Source: Parcubacteria bacterium C7867-004 (GTDB taxonomy: Bacteria; Patescibacteriota; Minisyncoccia; Phycocordibacterales; Phycocordibacteraceae). Taken from it: DNA of 64,000 bases. Below are positions 47,968-58,159 of the stretch, one piece after another. The DNA lies in the NCBI GenBank assembly GCA_001189075.1, contig LFCN01000006.1, positions 386,041 through 450,040 of the forward strand, given 5' to 3'. Each line of letters opens with the position of its first letter. The first letter of the stretch is position 1. The notes beneath the pieces are model-generated. The model worked only from the letters and a program-made list of their open reading frames with translations. It had not been told where the DNA came from and ran no database searches. Both the position numbers and the translations under genes were made by a program.

Positions 47968-48375
47968 ATGACCGACGCCCCAAAATCCATCCTCGTTGTC
48001 GAGGACGATCCTATACTTAAGAACCTCCTCGGGCATACGCTCGCGGGCAAGTATGAGACGCTCTATGCCTCTGACGGCGCAGAAGCGCTCAAGCTCTTTG
48101 AGGAGCACAAGCCCGTACTGATTTTGCTCGATCTCATGCTCCCGACCATGAATGGCTTCGAGGTTGTCGAGACGCTCAGGAAGCGAGAAGACGAAGGCAA
48201 GACGGTTCCCGTTATCGTTGTGTCTAATCTCGGCCAGATCGGTGACAAGGAGAAGGCAAAGACACTTGGCGCAACCGAATACCTCGTAAAGGCGGAAGTC
48301 TCTGTTGAAGAGATTGTCGCGAAGATGGAGAGTTTGCTCGCTGCGGCCCCCACTCCGGTAGCGCCAACAATGTAG
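47968..48375 (+). CDS. single-domain response-regulator receiver protein (CheY-like)
   Basis: ILVVEDD...LDLMLP (phospho-acceptor Asp) ...VVSNL...K. Confidence 0.85.
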   Translation: MTDAPKSILVVEDDPILKNLLGHTLAGKYETLYASDGAEALKLFEEHKPVLILLDLMLPTMNGFEVVETLRKREDEGKTVPVIVVSNLGQIGDKEKAKTLGATEYLVKAEVSVEEIVAKMESLLAAAPTPVAPTM

Positions 48376-48449
48376 CTTCATTCGTTCTTCGTCTTCTGTG
48401 CTATAATACTTGTGTACCTGCCCCGCCACGGGCAGGACATTTCCGTACT

Positions 48450-51116
48450 ATGGCGACTGCAAAGAAACCTCATCCCAAGACCGGAGACAAGCATCACGCG
48501 AGCGCGGACGAATGGATCCGCGTGAAAGGTGCCCGTACCCATAACCTCAAGAACCTCTCTACCGAGTTCCCTCGAGGAGCGATGACGGTTGTTACCGGAC
48601 TCTCTGGTTCCGGCAAGTCCTCCTTCGCCTTTGATACTGTATTCGCCGAAGGACAGCGCCGGTATGTCGAGTCTCTTTCAGCGTATGCGCGTCAGTTCCT
48701 CAACCAGATGCAGAAGCCGGATGTGGATGAGATTAGCGGACTCTCGCCCGCCATTTCCATAGACCAGAAGTCCCGTTCCAATAACCCGCGCTCCACCGTT
48801 GCGACCGTTACCGAGATCTATGACTACCTCCGCGTGCTCTATGCGCGCGCCGGTCAGCCGTACTGCGTGAATCACGATGTCGCTATCGAGAAGCTCTCGA
48901 AGGAAGAGATGATCCGCATCGTGCAGGAGCATGTAAAGGCCCGCACCGATCTCAAGGCGAAGGACGAGGTTATGGGCGTTGCGGTCGATAAGACGGCGAT
49001 AGCTATCTATGCGCCGGTTGTGGTGGGCCGTAAGGGCGAGTATTACCAGCTCCTCTATGATCTTCTCGGCAAAGGCTATGAGAAGGTGCTTATCGACGGG
49101 AAGCCCCATGCGCTCCGCGAGAAAGTAGAGCTCGATCGCAACAAGCGCCATGATATCGATGCCATCGTCGATACCATTTACGTATCCGAGTTTGAACGCA
49201 GCCCTGATGCAGCTCGTGAGCGTCTCTCAGAGGCCCTTGAGCTCGCGCTTAAGGAAAGTGATGGGCTCGTTAAGATAAAGCACGCAGACGGGGAGATTGA
49301 GACCCTCTCGGCGAAGTTCATCTGTCCGGATGACGGCACCTCGTTCCCGGAGGTTGAGCCACGCCTCTTCTCATTCAATAGCCCGTATGGCGCGTGTCCG
49401 AACTGTAACGGTCTCGGTACCAAGTCGCTCTTCTCTGACGAGCCGTGCCCAGTCTGTGAAGGGAAGCGATTGCGTCCCGAAGCGCTCCGTGTGTATCTCT
49501 CGGGCAAGAAGAATCCGAAGATCAACAACGGCCTGGGTATCAATGTCGTCGATTTCACGAACTTCTCCATCCGCGAAGCGAAGGAGTTCATGGACCAGCT
49601 CGAGCTCTCGGAGATGCGCATGGAGATCGCGCGTCCGATTATCCGCGAGATAACGAGCCGTCTCGATTTCATGCTGAACGTCGGTCTCGACTACCTCACG
49701 CTCAACCGCTCAGCGGCGACGCTCTCTGGCGGCGAGGCGCAGCGCATCCGCCTGGCGTCCCAGCTCGGTACGGGACTTGTTGGCGCGCTCTATGTGCTTG
49801 ACGAGCCGACGATCGGTCTCCACCAGCGGGATAACGATCGCCTCATTCAGACCCTGCTTACGCTCAAGGAACTCGGCAATACCATCCTCGTGGTCGAGCA
49901 CGATGAGGACACTATCTATGCTGCCGACTACCTCCTCGATATTGGTCCGGGAGCGGGTGTTCACGGCGGGAACGTCGTTGCTGAAGGATGGCTCGAAGAT
50001 CTCCTCACCGCACCCAAGAACGATAGCGGTTCGCTTACCCTTTCATACCTGCGCGACGAGACGAGAATCGAGATCCCTGAGGAACGTCGCACGAGCGAGA
50101 AGGGCTCTATCAAGGTCCGTGGTGCGACTCTGCATAACCTGAAGAATCAGAACGTCGACATTCCACTCGGGAAGCTCGTCTGTATAACGGGTGTGTCCGG
50201 CTCAGGCAAGTCGACCTTCCTTTACGACGTGCTGCATAAGAACGTTGCTGCTCGTTTCGGCAAGCGAGAAGCGAAGCTCGAGAACTGCGCGTCGATGACC
50301 GGCACCGAATACCTCGGCCGTGTCGTCCTTATCGACCAGTCCGCTATCGGCCGTACCCCGCGCTCGAATCCCGCGACCTATACGGGTGCGTTCACGCATA
50401 TCCGCGATCTGTTTGCTGCAACGTCTGAGGCTCGTGCTCGCGGTTGGAAGCCGGGACGTTTCTCCTTCAATGTCGCCGGCGGCCGCTGCGAAGCGTGCCA
50501 GGGTAATGGAGTTATAGCGGTCGAAATGCACTTCCTTCCGACGGTGTATGTGGTCTGCGATGTCTGCAACGGCACCCGATTCATGAAAGAGACGCTTGAG
50601 GTCACCTTCAAGGGCAAGAATATTTATGAAGTACTCCAGATGACTATCGAAGAGGCCGAGGTGTTCTTCAAGGATATCCCTGCGATCTCTGACCGTCTCG
50701 AGTCGCTGAACGCAACCGGACTCCAATACCTCACACTCGGACAATCAGCGACGACGCTTTCCGGCGGAGAGGCGCAGCGGGTGAAGATCGCGTCTGAGCT
50801 CTATCGCCCTATCACGATGAAGACGCTCTACCTGCTCGACGAGCCGACCGTGGGTCTTCATTACGAAGACGTACGTAAGCTGCTTGAGATCCTGCAGGAG
50901 CTGGTTCGTCGCGGAAACACCGTCGTTGTTATCGAGCACAATCTCGATATCGTGAAATCCGCCGATTATCTCATCGACTTTGGTCCGGAAGGAGGTATCA
51001 AGGGCGGGAAAGTCATTGCGAAGGGAACGCCGGAGGAAGTTGCGGAGATCGAGGACTCCTTTACGGGCGAATACCTCGCCAAGATATTCAAGAAAGCTAA
51101 GAAGCGCGCGAAGTAG
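48450..51116 (+). CDS. uvrA: excinuclease ABC subunit A
   Basis: Two ABC ATPase modules (GLSGSGKSS and GVSGSGKST), LSGGEAQR signatures x2, Zn-finger Cys clusters. Confidence 0.95.
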   Translation: MATAKKPHPKTGDKHHASADEWIRVKGARTHNLKNLSTEFPRGAMTVVTGLSGSGKSSFAFDTVFAEGQRRYVESLSAYARQFLNQMQKPDVDEISGLSPAISIDQKSRSNNPRSTVATVTEIYDYLRVLYARAGQPYCVNHDVAIEKLSKEEMIRIVQEHVKARTDLKAKDEVMGVAVDKTAIAIYAPVVVGRKGEYYQLLYDLLGKGYEKVLIDGKPHALREKVELDRNKRHDIDAIVDTIYVSEFERSPDAARERLSEALELALKESDGLVKIKHADGEIETLSAKFICPDDGTSFPEVEPRLFSFNSPYGACPNCNGLGTKSLFSDEPCPVCEGKRLRPEALRVYLSGKKNPKINNGLGINVVDFTNFSIREAKEFMDQLELSEMRMEIARPIIREITSRLDFMLNVGLDYLTLNRSAATLSGGEAQRIRLASQLGTGLVGALYVLDEPTIGLHQRDNDRLIQTLLTLKELGNTILVVEHDEDTIYAADYLLDIGPGAGVHGGNVVAEGWLEDLLTAPKNDSGSLTLSYLRDETRIEIPEERRTSEKGSIKVRGATLHNLKNQNVDIPLGKLVCITGVSGSGKSTFLYDVLHKNVAARFGKREAKLENCASMTGTEYLGRVVLIDQSAIGRTPRSNPATYTGAFTHIRDLFAATSEARARGWKPGRFSFNVAGGRCEACQGNGVIAVEMHFLPTVYVVCDVCNGTRFMKETLEVTFKGKNIYEVLQMTIEEAEVFFKDIPAISDRLESLNATGLQYLTLGQSATTLSGGEAQRVKIASELYRPITMKTLYLLDEPTVGLHYEDVRKLLEILQELVRRGNTVVVIEHNLDIVKSADYLIDFGPEGGIKGGKVIAKGTPEEVAEIEDSFTGEYLAKIFKKAKKRAK

Positions 51117-51554
51117 GTACCTGTGCATAGTGCTTTATATAAGTGCTATCGTTAGGCTTTAGGATAGTTCCTGGAGGTACGGTCATGCGGGACACCCGCG
51201 AACTAACACCACCCCGGCCGTATGTCTCTCAGCCGGTCTCTCCGAATCCCACGTTCGACGGCTCGCTCGAGCATCTTCGCGAGAAGCTCTGCATTCCGAG
51301 GAGAATGAGTCGGAGATTCTTATTCTTCGTCGCGTTTACACTTGGAAACAGGCTTGACTCGTATCCGGAAAGCGCGAAGGAGTGGTCCGAACGAAACTTC
51401 CTGCGATATAGGGAATTCGGTTGGACGCCCGATTTTTTCTACGTCGCCTTCCGTGCCGCGCCCTCGCGAGCCGCAAAGCTTCGCGCCTTCTGGTAGGTCC
51501 GTCTCGGCGGGCCTTTTCATTTACGGCTTTCACGCCGAGCGGTACGATGGCTGT

Positions 51555-52811
51555 ATGCAGCGCGAAGACCTCAAAAAGTTCGACCTCCCTGACTGCCCCG
51601 GCGTGTATCTCTTTACGCACGGGAAGGGGAAGAATAAGAAGATCCTCTACGTCGGGAAGGCGACGTCCCTTCGTGATCGCGTGCGCTCCTATTTCGATAT
51701 CGATCTTATCGCGACCCGCGGTCCTCGGATTGTGGACATGGTCACTCGCGCCGATGGACTGATGCATGAGCCTACTCCCACCGTGCTTGAGGCCTTGGTG
51801 CGCGAGGCGGCTCTCATTCGCGAGCATATCCCGAGCGCGAACGCGATGGGCAAGGATGATAAGACGTTCCTCTATGCCGTTATAACGGACGAGGAGATAC
51901 CCCGCGTGCTCGCCATACGCGGCGCTGAGCTCGATTTCAAAGCAAAGAAGGTAATCATGACGGGCCTCAAGCTGAAAGCCATCCACGGGCCGTTCCCGTC
52001 CGGGTATCAGCTGCGCGAGGGACTCCGGCTCATACGGAAGATATTCCCGTTCTTTGATACGCCGAAGCCGGTTGGCGAGGGGAATCGGCATACGCAAGGG
52101 AAGATTGAATTCAATCGGCAGATCGGGCAGTATCCGCGCGATATGAATCGTTCGGGATACATGCGTTCGATACGGAATGTGTCACTCTTTCTTTCAGGAC
52201 GAGTGAAGACGCTTCGTGCGACGCTTACCCGCGATATGAAGCAGGCGGCAAAAGAAGAACGATTCGAGGACGCGGGAACTATCCGTCGGCAGCTGTTCGC
52301 GCTCGACCATATCCAGGATGTCTCGCTCATCAAGGAAGATCGAGGTGAAGATACGGGTCCGAGGCTTGAGGCATACGACACAGCCCATATCTCAGGCACG
52401 AACGCTATCGGCGTGATGTGTGTGGTTGAGAACGGCGTATCCGTGAAGCGTGACTATCGTACCTTCAAGATCCAAGGCCGGGGCGGAAAGTCCCTGAATG
52501 ACGACATCGCCTCGCTCAAGGAGATACTCTCGCGCAGGCTCGGGCATACCGAATGGCCGCTCCCGAAAGCGTTCGTGGTTGATGGTGGGAAGACCCATAA
52601 GAAAGCGGCGGAGGATGTATTGAAGGAAGTGGGTATCGGCATTCCAGTGGTTGCGGTTGTGAAGGATGAGAAGCATCGACCGCGTGAAGTGCTTGGGGGA
52701 CTCCGTGCGGGGGTGCCAGACGCTGATGCGGTTCTGGCAAATTCCGAAGCGCATCGCTTCTCTCTCGCCAATCACCGGAAGGCTCGGTCCCGCGCTATGC
52801 GCAAGGCGTAG
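51555..52811 (+). CDS. uvrC: excinuclease ABC subunit C, short form lacking C-terminal (HhH)2
   Basis: GIY-YIG (PGVYLFT...ILYVGKATSLRDRVRSY), UVR motif (FEDAGTIRRQLFAL), RNase-H-like endonuclease region. Ends at ~418 aa. Confidence 0.7.
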   Translation: MQREDLKKFDLPDCPGVYLFTHGKGKNKKILYVGKATSLRDRVRSYFDIDLIATRGPRIVDMVTRADGLMHEPTPTVLEALVREAALIREHIPSANAMGKDDKTFLYAVITDEEIPRVLAIRGAELDFKAKKVIMTGLKLKAIHGPFPSGYQLREGLRLIRKIFPFFDTPKPVGEGNRHTQGKIEFNRQIGQYPRDMNRSGYMRSIRNVSLFLSGRVKTLRATLTRDMKQAAKEERFEDAGTIRRQLFALDHIQDVSLIKEDRGEDTGPRLEAYDTAHISGTNAIGVMCVVENGVSVKRDYRTFKIQGRGGKSLNDDIASLKEILSRRLGHTEWPLPKAFVVDGGKTHKKAAEDVLKEVGIGIPVVAVVKDEKHRPREVLGGLRAGVPDADAVLANSEAHRFSLANHRKARSRAMRKA

Positions 52812-53228
52812 CTTGCGCAAACCCACTACAGGTATAGGATTGCTTCGGGTGGCCACTCATCGACTATTGATGAGTCGCTGGTCGTCCAGACAAAGGGCGC
52901 ATACAGGGGAGAAATAGCACATTTCCAGAAACAAAACCGCAGCGTGCATCTAGTCCGCGCACGGACGTCGCAGATCATTTCCAGGAGGTCCCTTCTGAGA
53001 AAACTGCATGCAATGCTGCTGTGCGACTGTCTTTATATCTGCTAGATATCTACAGGGGCTACAAGGCTTTCGGCTTCGGCCCACTTGCCGTGCCCAGTTT
53101 GATTGAACGCACACCGAGATGATCGGAACCGCGTATTGCTAGCAGTTGGTAGAGATTGCAGAGGCCAGGGACATTTCGTTCCTGGCCTTCGCTCATTTCA
53201 GGTATTGCCCTGCTATACTTCCTTCATC

Positions 53229-54203
53229 ATGCGTGGAACGGTCGTCGGAGTATTGCGGGGCGGTCCATCTAAGGAGCACGAAGTGTCGCTTGCGACCGGT
53301 CACGCCGTCATCACGAACCTTCCCGAGGACCGCTTCACGGTAAGGGATATTTACATAGACAAGGACGGTATCTGGCATGAGCGTGGGCGGCCCGTGATGC
53401 CGGCGAATGTGCTCCCCTCGATGGATGCGGTTGTTGTGGGGCTGCATGGGGAATACGGAGAGGATGGGGAAGTACAGAAGCTGCTTGAGCGGTTCGGTGT
53501 TCCCTACACCGGCTCGGACTCATTCGGTTCGTACCTCGCAATGCATAAGGTGCTTTCCAAGGAGCGCGCGAAGGAGATGGGACTGCTCACCCCGAAGTAT
53601 CGATTCATCGAACGAGCTGACGATGCAGAAGCTATTGCGCAAGACATCATCCGTTCGTTCCATCAGCCGGTTGTCGTAAAGCCGATTCGGTGGGGTTCTT
53701 CAGTTGGCATATCGATTGTCGGCGGATACCAGCCGGTGCATTCGGCGATCCTTGAGCTTCTTGAGGCTGGAGCAGGAGGAGTGCTCGTCGAGGAACTTAT
53801 TCGCGGTACGGAAGCTACGGCAGGCGTCGTTGAGGGTCTTCGCGGTGAAGAGCTCTATATGCTCCCGCCGATTGAGATCATCCCGCCCAACGGCAGCTTC
53901 TTTTCGTACGACGTGAAGTATTCGGGGGCTACAGAGGAGATCGTACCGGGCCGCTTCCAGAAGTACGTGCAGAACGACCTCATGAAAGCGGCAAAGACCA
54001 TGCACGAAGCACTCGGACTTAGGCATTATTCCCGCTCCGACTTTATCGTCTCTCCTAAGGGCATCTATTATCTCGAGACCAATACGCTTCCCGGCATGAC
54101 TAAGGAATCGCTTCTCCCTAAATCGCTCGCTGCCGTCGGCGTTTCGCTCCCCGACTTCCTTACGCACGTGGTTGATCTCGCGCTAACCGGAAAGAAACGA
54201 TGA
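53229..54203 (+). CDS. ddl: D-alanine--D-alanine ligase
   Basis: N-terminal GGPSKEHEVSL, ATP-grasp motifs, LETNTLPGMT near the C-terminus. Confidence 0.85.
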   Translation: MRGTVVGVLRGGPSKEHEVSLATGHAVITNLPEDRFTVRDIYIDKDGIWHERGRPVMPANVLPSMDAVVVGLHGEYGEDGEVQKLLERFGVPYTGSDSFGSYLAMHKVLSKERAKEMGLLTPKYRFIERADDAEAIAQDIIRSFHQPVVVKPIRWGSSVGISIVGGYQPVHSAILELLEAGAGGVLVEELIRGTEATAGVVEGLRGEELYMLPPIEIIPPNGSFFSYDVKYSGATEEIVPGRFQKYVQNDLMKAAKTMHEALGLRHYSRSDFIVSPKGIYYLETNTLPGMTKESLLPKSLAAVGVSLPDFLTHVVDLALTGKKR

Positions 54204-54532
54204 GCGAGTACAGTGACAAGAAGTGCGTACCCTGCGAAGGCGGATTTCCGGCACTGACGCTCGCGCAGGCGCAGGATCTCATGGAGCATGCACCAGGCTG
54301 GAGCCTGAACGAGGCAGGTACTGAGATCCATCGAGACTATGCGTTTCCAGACTTCGCTACCGCGCTTTCGTTCGTGAACGAGGTAGGTGCGCTTGCCGAG
54401 GAGGAGGGTCATCATCCCGATATCACGCTTAGCTGGGGCAAGGTAGGAATTACCCTCACGACGCATTCAATAGGGGGACTCTCTGAGAACGATATTATCC
54501 TTGCGGCCAAGATAGGGCTTTTGCAGCCGTAA
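54200..54532 (+). CDS. pterin-4a-carbinolamine dehydratase
   Basis: EEGHHPD catalytic motif. ~110 aa. Confidence 0.8.
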   Translation: MSEYSDKKCVPCEGGFPALTLAQAQDLMEHAPGWSLNEAGTEIHRDYAFPDFATALSFVNEVGALAEEEGHHPDITLSWGKVGITLTTHSIGGLSENDIILAAKIGLLQP

Positions 54533-54565
54533 CGGGTATGGTATAAATCATACGTTCCCGAATAG

Positions 54566-54638
54566 GGGCCGTTAGCTCAGTTGGTAGAGCATCTCATTTG
54601 CAATGAGAGGGTCGCAGGTTCGAATCCTGTACGGTCCA
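54566..54638 (+). tRNA. tRNA-Ala (anticodon UGC), G3:U70 present, no encoded CCA
   Basis: Hand-folded: acceptor gggccgt/acggtcc with G3:U70, D arm gctc-agttggta-gagc, anticodon loop uuUGCaa, T arm gcagg-ttcgaat-cctgt, discriminator A. Confidence 0.85.
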
Positions 54639-54672
54639 CATTTGTTCACGAAGTCAAGGTTTCCGTCATTCC

Positions 54673-54710
54673 GTATTGGCGCGCTTAAGTTTCGGGAGGT
54701 TCTAATCTCA
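54673..54710 (+). repeat. left imperfect direct repeat flanking AT-rich islet
   Basis: gtattggcgcgcttaagtttcgggaggttctaatctca compared with 56901-56938 gtattggccgcgattcaatgaggggagttctaatacga. The gtattggc(c)gcg and gg(g)ag(g)ttctaat blocks are shared. Confidence 0.45.
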
Positions 54711-56900
54711 CAGAACCTAAAAACGATAAGAATGGTATTTTATGCTCATTCCTAGGATGAGAATCTTAAAATATTTTCGGCAAAAGTTTGGAGATAGAAG
54801 GCAACAAAAAGTTGTACCTTCTCTTAACGAGAAAGTTGTATGTATTACAACGCGAGACAACTACATTCTTCCCGCTCTCGTTTCCTCATATTTTTCCTCA
54901 AAAACTGAATACTTTAGTTTATTTGTATTTCCCAATATTGATGCTCCTTACGAGGAGTATATTGAAATGAGTGGGGAGAAGTTTGTGGCAAAGCTCATAG
55001 GGCGTGAAGCAAAGGTTCTTTTTAACAATGCTTTCTTCAAACTTAAGCCCAAGCGCTACCTCTTAGTAGGTCTAAATGAAGCAGAGAAAACCTACTTTGA
55101 TTCTCTCTCTCCAAAGAAGAAGATATTTATAGATAACGAAACTGAAATCCAAGAGAAACTCAAGTCTCTTAAGAAGAAACCGAGACGAGAAATCCGTTGC
55201 AGGGAGTCTGACTTACTAAAGGGTTTGTACATAGCAAAACAGAAGAAACTTGCATTGGTAATAGACGAGAACGCAAAGGCAATAAATGTTAGGGATTTCC
55301 TTAGTGTGAGCACAGGAATTCTGGTTATTGAAGAAGATAAGAAAGCAACAGATATTGTCGCTATTAACTTAGCTCACGCTCTTAATTCTGATATTGCGAT
55401 TGTTGAACCATTCAACGAAGACAGAAAGGAGCTAACCACGCTCCAGAAAGACATCTATAAATGGAAGAAAGGTGGAGATAACGAAGCTCATGCGAGAGTG
55501 ATTAAACTCTTGGGAGACAGATTAAACGGAATAGATTTTAGCCCATATCACTACGCAACATTCTTCACAGACGGACTTCCATACTCGTTGGTATTGGAAA
55601 AACTATCCATTTCTTACATCAACCCAAATCTGAGATGTGATTTGTTTATATTCAATGAACTTTTTTCTCAATATGACAAACAAACAGAGGGGGTAATCGT
55701 TTTCTCTCCTGAAGAATTTGGACAGAAAGAGGAGACTCCTTTCGTTGTAGCAACTCTTAAGAAGTTAGGATTCTATGTAAAAGAACTCATTGGCAAGAAC
55801 GCAACTGTACATAATTTTGAGCATTATTCTCAACATTATCCTTACGATTTAATGCACATCTGTAGCCATGGTGGACAAACAGATGGATATTTCGCAATAG
55901 AGAAATTTACGGACAGAGATGGTAAAGAACATACCGTCGAGTATGAGGAGGTTGTTGGCTTCTCTCCTGTGCCAGGGAAAGATCTAATAGCAGTTAGCAG
56001 AAAAGCATTCTTTAAGAGATTTGATGGTTTTGAGTGGATGAGCCCAGAACTCAAAGCTCAGCATATCCCGAGCTATATCTTCGAAGACATGACCCGCAAT
56101 CTTTTTTCAGGAGATGGCGGAGAGAAAGCGCAACGATTTCCTGCTAACTACCCCATAGCAAACTCTTGCCATATAAAGTGTTACGACAGTATCCATCAAG
56201 GCACAATGCAGTCTATTGCTTTGTACAATCATCCCATTATTTTCAATAATACCTGCTGTTCGTGGCATGAGATTTCAAACTTCTTTATTACTGCTGGCGC
56301 AAGAGGATATATTGGTACTCTTTGGTCAATTAAGAATATAAACGCCGTGAGAGCAGCGGCTTTTTTCTACTCAAAAATTCACGAGCTCAACATTGCTGCT
56401 CTATGCCGTTTAATGAATACCTTCCTTAAGGGAACGTCAGACGAGGGAGTGTATATGTACTGGGGATTACCTTTTTCAAAAGTTTATTTACCAACTTCAG
56501 AAAATAGTCGACTCAAAATTTTGGGAGAACTATTTTATGGTCTATGGAGATGGGTTGGTCATTATCGCTCCTTGCCAGAGGGAGAAGTGAGGAAAAACAC
56601 GAATGACGTGGTTCGTTTCATTCACAGTGAGATTGCAGGCAACTTCAAGCAGGAAGATTTAAAAGGCCTGATTGGAGACAAGGCATATAAAAAGTTGGAG
56701 ACCACTGTTGCTGAGGTACAAGCCAAAGCACCAAAAGAGAGCACAACTTCAGACACTGAAGCTTCTAATCTTGAAAGAGGAGCTATAGACCTTGGTACTG
56801 AATACCGAGGGAAGGAGGTTCTAATCTCCGAGCGTCTCTAGGCTCTCAAGCCCATTTTGATCCTTCAGACCATCCCACGAGTCCACTAGCCTAAGGAAAT
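54711..56900 (+). mobile_element. 2.2-kb AT-rich genomic islet (~38% GC vs ~58% flanks) inserted 3' of tRNA-Ala; no integrase
   Basis: Abrupt compositional shift visible in sequence, tRNA-adjacent position, flanking imperfect direct repeats, single cargo ORF. Confidence 0.55.
54742..56841 (+). CDS. caspase-like (CHAT/peptidase clan CD) His-Cys protease domain protein with ~330-aa unknown N-terminal region
   Basis: LMHICSHGGQTDGYF (His block) then ~125 aa later IIFNNTCCSWHEIS (Cys block). Spacing and context resemble the caspase/CHAT catalytic dyad. Lys/Ile/Asn/Phe-rich, AT-rich codons. Confidence 0.45.
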   Translation: MLIPRMRILKYFRQKFGDRRQQKVVPSLNEKVVCITTRDNYILPALVSSYFSSKTEYFSLFVFPNIDAPYEEYIEMSGEKFVAKLIGREAKVLFNNAFFKLKPKRYLLVGLNEAEKTYFDSLSPKKKIFIDNETEIQEKLKSLKKKPRREIRCRESDLLKGLYIAKQKKLALVIDENAKAINVRDFLSVSTGILVIEEDKKATDIVAINLAHALNSDIAIVEPFNEDRKELTTLQKDIYKWKKGGDNEAHARVIKLLGDRLNGIDFSPYHYATFFTDGLPYSLVLEKLSISYINPNLRCDLFIFNELFSQYDKQTEGVIVFSPEEFGQKEETPFVVATLKKLGFYVKELIGKNATVHNFEHYSQHYPYDLMHICSHGGQTDGYFAIEKFTDRDGKEHTVEYEEVVGFSPVPGKDLIAVSRKAFFKRFDGFEWMSPELKAQHIPSYIFEDMTRNLFSGDGGEKAQRFPANYPIANSCHIKCYDSIHQGTMQSIALYNHPIIFNNTCCSWHEISNFFITAGARGYIGTLWSIKNINAVRAAAFFYSKIHELNIAALCRLMNTFLKGTSDEGVYMYWGLPFSKVYLPTSENSRLKILGELFYGLWRWVGHYRSLPEGEVRKNTNDVVRFIHSEIAGNFKQEDLKGLIGDKAYKKLETTVAEVQAKAPKESTTSDTEASNLERGAIDLGTEYRGKEVLISERL

Positions 56901-56938
56901 GTATTGGCCGCGATTCAATGAGGGGAGTTCTAATACGA
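56901..56938 (+). repeat. right imperfect direct repeat flanking AT-rich islet
   Basis: See left repeat; about 28 of 38 positions are shared. Confidence 0.45.
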
Positions 56939-57071
56939 TGTACTAAAAACCACCCCAGAGGACAAGGCGCTGTAATCAAACAGTTTCGTTTACCTGTCCG
57001 CTCACGTACATTGACGAACGTTCAAGTCGTTATACTCTTACTGCTATAGCACTATCATCTCTGTACGACCT

Positions 57072-57545
57072 ATGAGCTTCGATAAGATTCCTACTGCGCG
57101 CCCTACACAGGCAACTGAATCGTTGCGGGAACCTATTCAAGAAGAGCTCGCTGCAAGGCTCGACGAGGTCGCAAAAATGAACAAGATGTCGCTTGAGGAG
57201 CTTCGGAGTGTACGACGCAGGGAAGACAGAGAACTCCAAACGACCTTTTTTGAAGGAACCATTGCTGGTGTACGTGTTGTTGCATGGAAAGATAAAGCTC
57301 AGACTGCGGCCCCGTGGAGCTCAATAGGAACGAACAGTTATATCTATCGTGCAACGGTGGATGGTCTTGAGGTTGCGTCGGATCTCGATAAGCCACAAAA
57401 ACTCTATTTAAAACTGTTGATTGCTAATAGCGATTATTCCCGCACATATCAAGAGTCCGGTATACCGATGCCCGAGTCCCCCGACGCAGAAGCCTTGGCT
57501 GACCAGGTACTTGCAACTGGTGTTCCAACGGAAGATCCTGAATAG
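57072..57545 (+). CDS. hypothetical protein (157 aa)
   Basis: Clean ORF. No motif recognised. Confidence 0.4.
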   Translation: MSFDKIPTARPTQATESLREPIQEELAARLDEVAKMNKMSLEELRSVRRREDRELQTTFFEGTIAGVRVVAWKDKAQTAAPWSSIGTNSYIYRATVDGLEVASDLDKPQKLYLKLLIANSDYSRTYQESGIPMPESPDAEALADQVLATGVPTEDPE

Positions 57546-57571
57546 GCTTTTCGTATGCAACCGGGCTTTCT

Positions 57572-58150
57572 ATGACCAACCGACCGCCAAGCCGCCAACC
57601 TATGCCGACTGATGCCGTACAAGTGTTCAAGGGCATCCTTTTTGACGTCTATCAATGGCAGCAGGAGCTGTTCGATGGCTCGTTCGCTACCTTCGAGAAG
57701 CTCAGCCGGAACGATTCGGCGGTTATTATCCCGATACTCCCGAACGGCAAGCTGTTGCTTGCGTATGATGAGCAGCCGGGACGCGACCCAGTGATAACGT
57801 TCCCGGGCGGCCAGGGAGAGGAAGGCGAGAGTTCGGAAGTAATGGCTCGTCGCGAACTGCTTGAAGAGACCGGATATGAGGCGGACGAACTCATACTGCT
57901 TCGTGCCAGCCAGCCTTCCTCGAAGATAGACTGGGCGATCTATACCTTCATCGCTCGCGGTCTCCGGAAAGTGCAGGAAGCAGAGCTAGACGCCGGGGAG
58001 CGCATTACGCTGCGCGAGGTGACGCTCGACGAGCTCATCGACATGGCCGAGGATCCTCTGTTCCAGAACCGGGAACTCGTTATCGACCTGGTGAAGGCGA
58101 GGTATGATACAGAGGCACGCGCTTCCCTCGAGAAGCTTTTATTCGGCTAG
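57572..58150 (+). CDS. NUDIX hydrolase
   Basis: Nudix box GGQGEEGESSEVMARRELLEETGY. Confidence 0.75.
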   Translation: MTNRPPSRQPMPTDAVQVFKGILFDVYQWQQELFDGSFATFEKLSRNDSAVIIPILPNGKLLLAYDEQPGRDPVITFPGGQGEEGESSEVMARRELLEETGYEADELILLRASQPSSKIDWAIYTFIARGLRKVQEAELDAGERITLREVTLDELIDMAEDPLFQNRELVIDLVKARYDTEARASLEKLLFG

Positions 58151-58159
58151 GCATATCCC

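Noticed and set aside
51143-51496. 117-aa ORF in the uvrA-uvrC spacer
   Set aside because: No motif and no RBS, and the sequence is Arg/Pro-rich. It is kept only as part of the candidate-ncRNA finding.
51336-52097. 253-aa minus-strand ORF and the 154-aa ORF at 52392-52856
   Set aside because: Both lie antisense within uvrC, which has unambiguous GIY-YIG and UVR motifs. Their translations are Arg-rich low complexity.
56939-57071. Putative sigma70 promoter TTGACG-14-TATACT upstream of the 57072 ORF
   Set aside because: The spacer is too short (14 nt) to call with confidence, so it is not annotated.
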